DNA of 64,000 bases, from contig NW_003314280.1 in the NCBI RefSeq assembly GCF_000143415.4, positions 922,235-986,234 of the forward strand, read 5' to 3'. Positions 22,783 through 33,505 of this stretch are shown piece by piece. The stretch is from Selaginella moellendorffii (taxonomy: Eukaryota; Plantae; Lycopodiophyta). Made by a program: the position numbers and the translations under genes. The stretch's first letter is position 1, and every line of letters starts with the position of its first letter. Below the pieces are notes generated by a model. The model ran no database searches and was not told where the DNA came from. It saw only the letters and a list, made by a program, of their open reading frames with translations.

Positions 22783-22798
22783 TGGTGGAGATGAGGGG
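22783..22798 (+). other. Primer binding site, tRNA-Ala-like
   Basis: TGGTGGAGATGAGGGG just after the LTR; the complement of a plant tRNA-Ala 3' end, as recalled, is TGGTGGAGATGCGGGG (1 mismatch). Confidence 0.75.
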
Positions 22799-23014
22799 CA
22801 CCTTTGATTGTCCCTGGGGAGTGCTTAGATTTGGGATTTCGGTTTAGATCTAGCTTTTCCATTGGCTAGATCTAGCTTTTTCCATTTCCTTTCTTTTGTT
22901 CTTTCCTTTCAGGAATTTGGTTTAGATCTAGCATTTTGCATTGTCTAGATCTACCATTTCTTTCCAGCTTTTTGTCATTTCTCTTCTTTTGCTCTTTCTT
23001 TCTCATTCATTTTC

Positions 23015-26000
23015 ATGGCCGATCCACAATCTCCTCCTTTGACTCTAGAGCAGCAGTTGGTTCAATTGCTTGATGCTATGCGCCTGCAATTGAACAACCA
23101 AACTCAGTTGATGGCGGCGTTCACGGCACATGGTACAACTCCTCCTGCTTTTGGTGCCAATCCTCGCGTTCGGCCGGAGTTCTTTCGTGGGAATCCTGGG
23201 GATGATGTGTACTATTGGTTCGATCACTTCACGGTGATTGCCACATATCATTCTTGGGATGATGCTCAACGTTTGCGTGAGTTCCCCACATGTCTTCCCT
23301 GTTGGTGCTGCTACAGTGGAAGGTTTGGACACCGAGATGAATCTGGGAAACAAGGAGTCGCGCGAGTAAGGGAGGGACCTTGCGCGAATAAGTCAGTGAC
23401 CCCTCTATCTTTCTTTCGGGAGTATCATCAAGGGGTTCACTCGGCACCAGTTCATCCAGTGTTTACTTTCCAAGCTCATCTTTATAACAAGAGGTCTCCT
23501 ATTCTTCTCTCCATGTTGGTTGATACAGGTTCGAGTTTATCTTCTATTGCTCGACCTGTTGCCACACGTTGTCGTCTACACTTGCGTCGTGCGGCGGATC
23601 CAGTTTTCATTCTTTATGGCAACGGCCGTACACATGCATGTGCACGAGATGAGGCGGACCTGGTTGTGCGTGTGGGCGATCTCGAGCTTGAGTTGCAGTC
23701 GTTGCGGGTGGTGCCGAGTCAAGCTTTTGACCTCATTCTTGGTATGGATTGGTTGCAGCACAATCATGCCAAGTGTGACTTTGAGGCTTTTCCCCCTTGT
23801 CTCATACTTCCTTATGTTTCATCCATTCCTCTCACTTCCGTACCTCTTCGTCCCTCTACTTCTACCTCTGCTTCCATTACTTTTGTTCCCCCATTATTTC
23901 CTCTTGTGTTTCCATCTTGTTCTGCTCTTCCCTTTTCCGATCCCTCCGATGATCTTTGTGTTGCAGCTGTTGACCAGCTCATTAAGGAGTATTCTGATCT
24001 CTTTGAATTTGACCTATCGTCTGGGGCCAAGATTGCCACACGTCATCCCATTCCAACCGGGGATGCTCATCCAATTAAGGTTCCTGTTCGTCGTCGGTCA
24101 CCCAAGGAGATCAAGATTTTACGTGCAAACGTCAAGGAGATGTTGGAGAAGGGTGTTATTCGGAAGTCGCGGAGTCCTTGGGCATGTGAACCTCATCTTG
24201 TGACGAAGCCTGATGGGAGTATTCGTTTCTGCATCGACTATCGTCCGTTAAATGAAGTGACGATCCCGGACGTGTACCCTCTTCCTCACACTGCTGATCT
24301 CTTGGATCGTCTAGGGCGAAGTCGTTGGTTCACCAAGCTAGATCTTGCTTCTGGGTATTGGCAAGTACCGATGGCTGAAGACGATATTCCTAAGACTGTT
24401 TTTCGTACACCATTTGGTTTGTATGAGTTTTTGGTGATGCCGTTTGGTTTGAACAATGCTTCAGCAACTTTTCAGCGAATGATGGACGAGGTTCTTTGCA
24501 ATATGCCGGAGGTGACGGCTGACTTCATTGATGATGTCTTGATCCACTCGGAGGGGACGTGGGAGGAGCATGTTCGTGATGTTTGTAAAGTGTTGGATCG
24601 GCTACGTGACGTTGGTTTAAAGCTGAAGCGGTCGAAGTGCGTGTTTGGGTCCAAGGACACAACTTATCTTGGGTACCGTATTTCTCGTGAGGGTTTGCAA
24701 GTTGATCCTGACAAACTTGTGGCTGTTCTAAAGTTCCCTACTCCGAAGTGTGTGAATGATGTGCAGCGCTTTTTGGGTAAGGTGCAGTATCTCGGTCGTT
24801 TTGTGGATCATCTTTCCGATCGCACTTTACCATTGCGAGCGTTGCTGAAGTCATCAACGTCATCTTTCATCTGGTCTCCCGATTGTGAGCGGGCGTTCAT
24901 GAATCTCAAAGAGCTATTGACGACTCCTCCGGTTTTGGCATATCCTGACTACACTCGACCTTTTATTTTGCGCGTGGATGCTTCTGACATTGGTCTTGGA
25001 GGTGTGTTGATGCAAGAGAGCTCGAGTGTGCCTGGTCAGCGCCATCCCATTGCATACATAAGCCGTACATTACAACCAGCGGAGATGAACTACTCCACGA
25101 CGGAGAAGGAGTGTTTAGCAGCAGTCTGGGGTTTCGAGAAACTTCATGCCTATCTACATGGTTCTCGGACGTTACTTGAAGGTGACCATGCTGCTGTTAC
25201 TTCATTATTGAAGCGGAAGAACCTGGTTGGTCGTACGGCTCGATGGGCTTTGAAGCTTCAGATATATGATTTCGATGTTGTTCATCGCCCACGGAGTTCT
25301 ATGGCTGATGCTGATGCCCTTTCTCGAGTTCCTCTTCCTTCTCCACTCACTTCTCATGTTTCTGACGAACCTGTTGTTCCAGCATCTGTGGATTTTCTAG
25401 ATGAGGATTCTGTGCCATCGGCGGTTGCTGTCCTTGACGTTCAGTGTCCACAGGGCGTAGAGCAAGATCTACCTTCTCTGGATGAGGTTCGCGAGGCTCA
25501 AAAGATTGAGCCGTGGATTCGAAGGCTTCGAGATGGGTTTGAGAATCCTGCATCACTTGCTGATGACTTGCCTTTTCGGCATTTACATTCTCAATATCGC
25601 CTTGAAGATGGCCTTCTTTATTTTGTGGGGACGGATCCTGATGCTCATTTACGGCTGGTGGTGCCTTCGGTGTTTATTCCGCGGTTTCTCCATGCCTACC
25701 ATGATTCTCCTATTCTAGGTGGGCATATGGGACACCGTCGTGTCACCAAGAAGTTGCGCAGATCTTTCTATTGGCCAGAGATGCGACGTGATATTATCCG
25801 GTATGTGCGTAGCTGCGTTTGGTGCCAAGCTCGTAATACTCCCCCTTGTGCTGCGGAAGGACGGTTGGAGTCAATTGCAGTTTCTCGTCTGTTTGAGTTG
25901 GTGGCGTTTGATCTTATGGGACCTTTTCCGCGATCGACTGCTGGCAATGAGTATGTTATTATTGCTTCTGACTACTTGACTCGTTGGGTGGAAGTTGGTG

Positions 26001-26833
26001 CTCTTGCTAGTGCCTCTGCAACTGCTGTTGGATACTTCCTCCTCAATCGAGTGGTGTTCCAGCATTCTTGTCCAGAACGGATTCTTTCGGATAATGGTCT
26101 TGCATTTATGGCTGAGGTATTTCATGTTTTGACATCTCGGTTGGGGATACGCCACACTTTTACGAGTGCTTATCATCCACAATCAGACGGTCTGGTGGAA
26201 CGGCTCGTTCGGACGTTCAAAGGGATGATTGCGAAGTATGTGAACTTTCAACATTCGGATTGGGATGGTTATTTGCCGTCTCTTCGGTATGCTTATGTCA
26301 CAGGGGTGCAGAGTTCTGTTGGTGCTTCACCATATAAACTTCTATATGGTCATGATCCAATATTACCAACAGAGCTAGGTTTACCTTCACGATTGCCACG
26401 AGCTCCTGATGCTAGGTCATGGGATCAATATTTGACAAGCATTCTTCCACTTGTCCGAGCAGAGTCTGCTGAACACTTAGGCCGCGTACAAGTGGAACAA
26501 CAACGGCGCTACAATTCCCATCATTGTCCACCAGCGGAGTACAAAGTGGATGATTTGGTGTTAGTCCGTTTTCCCCATCTTACGGTACGTGGTTTATCTA
26601 AGGGGCTCCTTGCGCAGTGGAAAGGACCGCATCGGGTGTTGCGGCAAGTTGGACCACAAGTTTATGAGGTTCGGCATGACGTTCAGCAGGCCGATCCTCC
26701 GGAGATTGTGCATGTGCAGCAGTTAAAACGCTTCATACTGAGGGATCAGGAGCAGTTAATACCGTCTATAGATCCACCGATGCCTCCTCCTGACGTTCCT
26801 CCAGATCCCGGCCCATCTACAAGAGAACCCTGA
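23015..26833 (+). CDS. Truncated Gag fused to Pol polyprotein (protease, RT, RNase H, integrase)
   Basis: LVDTGSS; RFCIDYRPLN, YPLP, KLDLASGYWQ, MPFGLNNA, FIDD; VDASDIGLG, EKECLA; H..H..C..C, FDLMGP, SDNG, YHPQSDGLVER; WKGPH. Confidence 0.95.
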   Translation: MADPQSPPLTLEQQLVQLLDAMRLQLNNQTQLMAAFTAHGTTPPAFGANPRVRPEFFRGNPGDDVYYWFDHFTVIATYHSWDDAQRLREFPTCLPCWCCYSGRFGHRDESGKQGVARVREGPCANKSVTPLSFFREYHQGVHSAPVHPVFTFQAHLYNKRSPILLSMLVDTGSSLSSIARPVATRCRLHLRRAADPVFILYGNGRTHACARDEADLVVRVGDLELELQSLRVVPSQAFDLILGMDWLQHNHAKCDFEAFPPCLILPYVSSIPLTSVPLRPSTSTSASITFVPPLFPLVFPSCSALPFSDPSDDLCVAAVDQLIKEYSDLFEFDLSSGAKIATRHPIPTGDAHPIKVPVRRRSPKEIKILRANVKEMLEKGVIRKSRSPWACEPHLVTKPDGSIRFCIDYRPLNEVTIPDVYPLPHTADLLDRLGRSRWFTKLDLASGYWQVPMAEDDIPKTVFRTPFGLYEFLVMPFGLNNASATFQRMMDEVLCNMPEVTADFIDDVLIHSEGTWEEHVRDVCKVLDRLRDVGLKLKRSKCVFGSKDTTYLGYRISREGLQVDPDKLVAVLKFPTPKCVNDVQRFLGKVQYLGRFVDHLSDRTLPLRALLKSSTSSFIWSPDCERAFMNLKELLTTPPVLAYPDYTRPFILRVDASDIGLGGVLMQESSSVPGQRHPIAYISRTLQPAEMNYSTTEKECLAAVWGFEKLHAYLHGSRTLLEGDHAAVTSLLKRKNLVGRTARWALKLQIYDFDVVHRPRSSMADADALSRVPLPSPLTSHVSDEPVVPASVDFLDEDSVPSAVAVLDVQCPQGVEQDLPSLDEVREAQKIEPWIRRLRDGFENPASLADDLPFRHLHSQYRLEDGLLYFVGTDPDAHLRLVVPSVFIPRFLHAYHDSPILGGHMGHRRVTKKLRRSFYWPEMRRDIIRYVRSCVWCQARNTPPCAAEGRLESIAVSRLFELVAFDLMGPFPRSTAGNEYVIIASDYLTRWVEVGALASASATAVGYFLLNRVVFQHSCPERILSDNGLAFMAEVFHVLTSRLGIRHTFTSAYHPQSDGLVERLVRTFKGMIAKYVNFQHSDWDGYLPSLRYAYVTGVQSSVGASPYKLLYGHDPILPTELGLPSRLPRAPDARSWDQYLTSILPLVRAESAEHLGRVQVEQQRRYNSHHCPPAEYKVDDLVLVRFPHLTVRGLSKGLLAQWKGPHRVLRQVGPQVYEVRHDVQQADPPEIVHVQQLKRFILRDQEQLIPSIDPPMPPPDVPPDPGPSTREP

Positions 26834-26865
26834 CGGCCTTCCATTATTCCGAGAGGAGGGGATGA

Positions 26866-27035
26866 TGTGAGGGCCAAGTGTACGGCTACGATGCCGTATA
26901 CTAATATTAGTGTAGTGGATTTTGGTAGCCATCGGATTGGTTTCAATCCGGACCACTCGCTCCTGTATATAAGCTAGGGTTTTTGGGCTAATTGAGATGC
27001 ACATTTCTGTATTCCCTTTCCATATTCCATGCACT

Positions 27036-27039
<4 letters not shown>
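26866..27039 (+). repeat. 3' LTR (174 bp), preceded by polypurine tract GAGAGGAGGGGATGA (26851-26865)
   Basis: Direct repeat of 22608-22781. Confidence 0.95.

Positions 27040-27093
<54 letters not shown>
27040..27093. repeat. (TA)n microsatellite
   Basis: Perfect TA run abutting the 3' LTR; a shorter TA run abuts the 5' LTR. Confidence 0.98.
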
Positions 27094-27096
<3 letters not shown>

Positions 27097-27224
27097 CCTA
27101 CTTTATAATTAATTTTTCATTATCACTATAAAATCCCTTTGAGTGTAAGGTGTAATTTATAAATAAATTATATTTTAAATTCAAATATAATACCAATATC
27201 TTCCTTTTTTTCAATGTTATGAAT

Positions 27225-27869
27225 GTAGCGAACCTGGAGTATCGTGAGAAAGATGAATCAACAAGCAAGAACCTTTCCCTGAATGAGCGAGTTGAGAGCT
27301 TCCAGTTGCTCCTCGAACGAGACGCTCTCTCGCCACTTCCATATATCATAGAAAAACTCGCCAAAGAACTCTCGCAGAGGTAAGATGTTAAGCCTGAAAC
27401 TTTCGTTGCGATTATTACATGGAGAAACCAACACGCAGCAAAAGTAAAAAGACAAAGGAGAAAAAGACAAACTAGGGAAAGAAAAGCATCAGGAAATCTA
27501 GAGCTTACCTTGTTGCGCGATTGGTTTTTGGCCAACGTAGCGATCTGTCCGCCCTTCTGTCTCTTTGGACAAAGGAACAGGATACTATCAGACAAACATC
27601 CCAAGATACCAAAGCATTGCATTTCACTCTATACCATCTCGGCAGTGTCGAGTATGTTGATCCCATTCTCGGCATAGCTTAGCTGCTCGTGAGCATCTGC
27701 CTCGCTGTTTTGGACCCCCCAGGTCATCTACAAGCAAGCCTTGATCAGTCAAAATCCAAGCAAAAAAACCAGTGCAACTTATCGCTGACAATGAGCTCCG
27801 GGTCACTGAGCTTGTTGTAGCGCATCGAGGCGCTGGTGCTCACCGGGCAGCTATATTTCTCCTGGATGT
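27225..27869 (-). pseudogene. Degenerate partial duplicate of the aldo-keto reductase gene
   Basis: Colinear with ~21509-22429, including introns (e.g. GAGTTGAGAGCTTCCAGTTGCTCCTCGAACGA, CTATACCATCTCGGCAGTGTCGAGTATGTTGA); internal deletions; no start codon and no 3' exons. Confidence 0.88.
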
Positions 27870-27969
27870 CGGCTATATTTTATTATTTTTCTAAAGAATA
27901 AAAAACTTATTAATATTTTGTTTCTTTGTGAAGGAAACAAAATTAAAAAACAAATCTCTTATAATCTTT

Positions 27970-28238
27970 TTGGTTTGCTTAAGTAGTGGATAAACCTAGA
28001 ATAAACTTGAATATTCTATTCTACCATTTAACGGTTAATCTTGTATTTATAATTTATAAACATGTTTATAATTTATAAACTTTCCTAAACACTTCCTAGT
28101 ATATTTTTATTTATTCTAATGATTGATATGAAATAAGATTAATCTTGATTTATAAATTATAAACATATTTATAATTATCAATCAATTAAATTATTCAAAA
28201 ATACAAAATAATAATGACATTACTATTAAGCAAACCAA
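27970..28238. mobile_element. AT-rich MITE-like element
   Basis: Terminal inverted repeat TTGGTTTGCTTAA / TTAAGCAAACCAA; internal TTTATAATTTATAAAC repeats; related copy at ~43800-44036. Confidence 0.75.
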
Positions 28239-28444
28239 GCATTGTTGCATGCAATGTGCAGCAAATTATTATGATTACTATCACTCTTATAGATTTTATA
28301 GATGAAATAAATGCTTTAACAGCCCATAATAAATCTTTACTAGCCATAATTTTTTTATCCTAGCAAAGCATCTTCAAAAACTTATTACAGTCCAGGTTTA
28401 TCAATTAAATTATCATGGCTAATCAAAGTATAATATTAAAAAAA

Positions 28445-28873
28445 TTACCATTCATAAGCTCTAACAGGTGTAGACCACCCTTGAGATGTATGGGTTTGAA
28501 ATATTGCATAATCAAAAACATACCATTCGACACCAGCTTTACCTCCATATTCAGAATTTCCTTGTTTATATGCTGTTATAACTTTGGATTTCCCATCACT
28601 TACAATCTTTAAATTGCACCAAAATTCAGTTGTGCCAAACCATCTATCATTGAATGTAAATGGGGGATACATTGCTCTATCCTGGATAACATACTTTTGG
28701 AGATCATCATCGTTGGATTGGCAATGTACTTCTAGTGGAGAACCTGCTCTATTTATAACATGTATTGTGGTACCATAGGCATGAATGGTTGCATTATTAC
28801 ATTCACACATAGATATTATATCAATTAGAAATATTAACAAAACCACCTTATAGTTGTATTTCGCTAGAGCCAT
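28445..28873 (-). CDS. S-protein homologue (SPH / plant self-incompatibility S1 family), secreted
   Basis: Signal peptide; IHVINR...LEVHCQSNDDDL, F.FNDRWFGTTEFWC, VEWYV, C-terminal YEW; intronless. Confidence 0.88.
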   Translation of the reverse strand: MALAKYNYKVVLLIFLIDIISMCECNNATIHAYGTTIHVINRAGSPLEVHCQSNDDDLQKYVIQDRAMYPPFTFNDRWFGTTEFWCNLKIVSDGKSKVITAYKQGNSEYGGKAGVEWYVFDYAIFQTHTSQGWSTPVRAYEW

Positions 28874-28978
28874 AACAATGTGTATATTAACGGTTTCATT
28901 TATAATAAGTAAGTTGAATACTTCGTTTTTAATAATGATATTTAAATAAAACAAAATTTGTTTTGTTCCATTCCAGCT

Positions 28979-30227
28979 ATGGACGGGGTCTCCAAGAGCG
29001 TGCTCGTCATCGGGGCCACGGGTTACATTGGCCGCTACATCGCCCTAGCCAGCGCCGCGGCCGGATTTTCGACATCGGCGCTCCTGCGCGCCAATTCGGG
29101 GGCCGCGCCAAATCCAAGGAGGGACAAGGCCATTGAATCCTTGCACGCCGCAGGGATCAGCATCAAGAATGTGAGTGTCGTATCATAGATTTCGGGCTGG
29201 CTATCGATTCCCCCTGTCCTTTGCTCCATCCAGGGATCCCTTGACGATCGCGAGAGCTTGATGCTCGCCCTGGAGGATGTGGACATCGTAATATCGGCCG
29301 TCGGGATACCTCAAATTCTAGAGCAGCTAAATCTCGTCGAGGCCATGAAGGAGAAGAAGACTGTCAAGGTCTCGAAAGAAAGAGAAGATCTCTCCCCCAT
29401 CTCATAGGTACTTCTTTCTTCTTCGTAACTTAGGCTAACGCGAGTTTTTTTCTTTGTTTTCTTTTGCTATGTGCTACTAGAGATTCGTTCCATCGGAGTT
29501 TGGCCAGGACGTCGATAAGGTGGTTTGTCTAAAGCCGGCCCAGGAGGTGCTGAGCGACCCAAAAATTCGCGTTCGCCGTGCCATAGAGGCCGCTGGAATC
29601 CCATTCACGTACGTTATCACGAATGCTTTTGCAAAGTTCCATTTCAACATGCGAGAGGAGAATGGACGACTCTCTCCTCCCGAAAGGTTCGTCATATATG
29701 GTGATGGAAACATTAAAGGTATATACATCTTCTCTCCTTTTTTTTTCTTTTCTTCTTCCTCGCTTGTCTGATGCTATGTGTGCACGCAGCTAGTTTTGTT
29801 ACTGAGGAAGATATCGGAGCCTTCACTGTCAAGGCTGCTGCCGATCCAAGAGCATTAAACAAGACGCTACACATGAGACCACCTGCGAATGCCTTGTCGC
29901 AGAACGAGACTGTCGCGATCCTGGAGAGAGAAACCAAGCGGCAACTGAGAAAGGAGGTGGTGTCGCAGGTTGAAATGCTGGAATCCATACGAGGTCATGT
30001 TTTCCTTGCCTTCGAATGTTGTGACAGCCCACGCTCACACTCAGCCCACTTGTTCCACAGAATCCTCCGGAGGCTTCCAAGCCGTCATACTGTCGCTCAT
30101 GTACTCCGCTTACATCAGAGGCGATACTTTTGGTTTCGAGCTGGGGCCGAATGACGTGGTGGCGCATGAACTATACCCGGACGCCAGTTTTACCGATGCA
30201 CACGGTTATCTCAGTAAGTTTGTCTGA
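28979..30227 (+). CDS. Isoflavone reductase-like / PIP-family NADPH reductase (NmrA fold), multi-exon
   Basis: VLVIGATGYIG, VDIVISAVG, KRFVPSEFG, KIRVRRAIEAAGIPFTYV, YGDGNIKA, DPRALNKTL, ELYPD. Confidence 0.93.
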
Positions 30228-31331
30228 GGGCTCGCCTCTATATTGCTTGCCTCCTTTCTCTTTTGTAAAGTGGTGAGTAAATGTCTACGCATAACACTTT
30301 TCTTTTAGCCTTGTTGGACTGAGATAGCGCTCGAAAGCTTGTGCTTGCTCTGAATCTTGCAATGGTGGCAAGCGAGAGAAATGCTTTAGTATTTCTGGAA
30401 CAGGAGGAGCTCACTCACCCACACAACACACACAACAGTGGTGCGATGGGACAGGGAGCACAAACTCACGCAGTAAGCAAAGCATTATCGCTCCGCCTGA
30501 TAACACGTGCTTTGTTTTATTCGCTAAACAGGTCCCCGGAAAGCTTGGCAGCCGCTTTGCTCGATTTTTTCTCGCAAAAACTTTTGGATGAGAGCCGAGC
30601 GAGCGAGCCATGTTCAAGACGACAGAGAGCCAATCATGCCCTGCAAGCTTTGACTGCTTACTTCCGTCTTGCAACCATCTTCGTTCCATACAAGGAAAGG
30701 AGAAAAAATGAGAAGAAGCATTCTCTCGGCTGGGGGACTGGGAGGAAAATAATTCACACGACCAAGTAAGCAGTAATGCCTGGACCACCTGCAATAATTT
30801 TGTGAGACAGATCCCTGTGGCCGAATGGAATCGGAGTTTAGTGTTCCTGTTCACAACGAATTGGTGGCCACATATTCCCATGGTAGTTTCTCTCTTCCTT
30901 TTTCATGTCTTCTTTGTTCGTTTTTTTTATAGTTTCGTTTCGTGGCAGTACCGATGCACCTTTATTTGTTTCAGGTTTTGGAGTGACTCTTCCAAGCAAG
31001 CAAGCAAGCGCTTCTAGTTCTCACATGCCGCTTTCATCTTTCCTTGCACATATCGGATGTGGAGTCCAACTGGCTCCAAGTTGGGAATGATTCAAGGCTC
31101 AGACATCTGCCGGGCGTGTCGCGCACTTCATGCAGGTACTTGATCATTGGATTTCTCTCAAGCTTCCAGTATTTAAGTCGCTTGTTGGTGTTGTCTGTGC
31201 ATGTAGCTACAAGATCGCTGTGAGATCCTTGGCAGCCAAAACTTGGTGAGTTTGCAATTGCTTTGGTTATACTTGCTGCATCGCGTTGGCTCCATCCATC
31301 TAGTCTAAACTGGTTTTCCTCTGCAAAGGAA

Positions 31332-33263
31332 ATGAAGAAATCCTCGGAGTCGCAAGAAATCCTACAAAATGGATCCATGGACTACAAGAGGAGGCCGGCT
31401 GTGAAATGCCAAACCGGTGGCTGGAAGTCGGTGATCCTCATACTAGGTGCGTGAGTGTTTTTGCAACTTTACTCTCACGCTACAGAGATTGATGAGAGGG
31501 ACACTGTTGCTGATCCCTTGCAGGAACCGAGCTCTGCGAGAGGCTTGCCACTCTCGGAATCGGTCTCAACCTCATCACCTATTTGGTCACCGAGTTGCAT
31601 CTCTCACCATCGCAAGCTCCAAACATCGTGACCAACTTCCTCGGTACGTCCTACGTGTGCTGCCTGATCGGAGGATTCGTGGCCGACACTTGCCTTGGCC
31701 GGTTCTGGACAATCGTGAGCTTCTCCTTCGTACAGTTCATGGTATGTTTTCCACACGCTTCAAATGCCACAGAAAGAGGCTGACTTTTCCAGTTTTTCTC
31801 GAGCAGGGAATGCTGCTTCTCACACTCTCCGCCGGCATTCCGTCGCTAAGGCCTTCCAAGTGCAATGCCGAGGACTACAAAACTTGCCAGCCAGCTCGAG
31901 GCATGGAACTGGCGGTGCTCTACATGGCCTTGTATATGACCGCTCTTGGGACGGGAGGCATCAAGGCATGCGTGTCCGCCTTTGGAGCCGACCAGTTCGA
32001 CGACTCGGATGCCAAGGAGAGGCGCAGCATGGGGCATTTCTTCAACTGGTTCTTCGTGGCGATATCCATCGGAACTCTCCTGGCGGTGACGGTGCTCATC
32101 TACATCCAGGACAACGTCGGGAGGAGCTGGGGATATGGCAGCAGCGCAGGCTCCATGTTCATGGCGATATGCGTCTTCCTCGCCGGAACGCCACTCTATC
32201 GCTACAGAGCTCCCAACGGGACGTCCATCGTCTCCATTGCGCACGTCCTGGTAGCCGCATTTCGCAAGCGACACGGCATTCCAGGAGACGAGAAAGATTT
32301 ATACGAGGATCCGGGGCAGCAGAGCGCCAGATTCACTAGAACCAGTGGCTTGAGGTACGAGATTTTCTAGAACAAAGAACGTGCTTTACAAAATCTTTCC
32401 TTGCCAGCTTTTTGGACAAGGCCGCAATCGTGGAGACCGGCAGTAGCAGCGAGAAGCAGAGCCCCTGGAGGCTGTGCAGCGTCACCAAGGTGGAGCAAGT
32501 GAAGATGCTGATCCGGATCCTGCCGATATGCGCCACCTCCGTGCTCGTGTACACGGTCTTCGCGCAGATGACGACGCTGGCGGTGGAGCAGGGTGCTACC
32601 ATGCGCAGGAACCTCGGCAAGCACTTCAAGTTCCCTCCGGCATCGCTGGGAGTGTTCGTCCAGCTGAGCGTGATCATCGCCACCCCTCTCTACGACCAAG
32701 TCTTCCTCCCGGCCGTAAAGCTCCTGCGGCGGAACCAGATCACCATGCTGCAGCGCATCGGTGGCGGGATGATCTTCTCGTGCCTGGCGATGGTGATCGC
32801 GGCGATGGTGGAGAGGAAGCGGCTGGCGTTGGCGAGGGAGCACGGGCTGCTCGATCGACCAAAGGCCACAGTACCGATGAGCATCTTCTGGCTGGTCCCC
32901 CAGTACGCGCTGGTTGGAGTGAGCGAGGTGTTCACTTACATCGGCCAGCTCGAGTTCTTCTACAGCCAGTCACCCGAGGAGATGCGCAGCATGGCCACCG
33001 GGATGTTCATGAGCACCATCTCGGTGGGCTTCTTCGCGAGCTCCTTTCTGGTGGCTACCATCAACAGGGTGACGGGGGGGAGCGGCCATGGCTGGATCTC
33101 CAACAACATCAACAGGGGGAGGATTGACAACTTCTACTGGATGCTCGCGGTGCTCAGCCTGGGGAACCTCGCCATCCACATTGCCTGCGCGACTTGCTAC
33201 AAGTACAGGGCTCTTCCAGTGGCTCCCCCTCCTCGTGTCGCTGATGCTGCTCAAGAGGCTTGA
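31332..33263 (+). CDS. NRT1/PTR (NPF) transporter, NPF6/NRT1.1-like
   Basis: TGGWKS...ELCERLA (ExxER), LGRFWT, ALGTGGIKACVSAFGADQFD, FFNWFFV, FLDKAAI, WLVPQY, GQLEFFY. Confidence 0.93.
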
Positions 33264-33505
33264 AGATACGCTCGCTCGAGAGACAAAAAAGGCCTTTTTC
33301 TTGTTTCATTCGGGAAAGGAACTATACATACGACAAAGGAACTATACATACATTCATACAGTCTTATATGAGAGAGATTTTATTCGATTGTTCTCTGCAA
33401 AGTTGGGATGATTGGGAATTTGATCATGATGGGTGTATCTCCTGTCTACAATGTAAGAAAAAGAATGTTTTTTTTTTTCCTTTTCGAAAGATCATGCTCG
33501 AAAGA

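Larger units (their letters stand above)
22608..27039 (+). mobile_element. Ty3/gypsy LTR retrotransposon with both LTRs, no chromodomain, gag internally deleted
   Basis: 174-bp direct repeats TGTGAG...CTCACA; PBS and PPT present; ORF with PR-RT-RH-IN order; inserted in a (TA)n tract. Confidence 0.96.

Noticed and set aside
22840-22955. Repeated TTTAGATCTAGC blocks
   Set aside because: Ordinary tandem repeats in the retrotransposon 5' leader.
30341-31300. ORFs of 142 and 156 aa between the reductase and NPF genes
   Set aside because: Non-ATG starts and no motifs; more likely NPF promoter/5' UTR.
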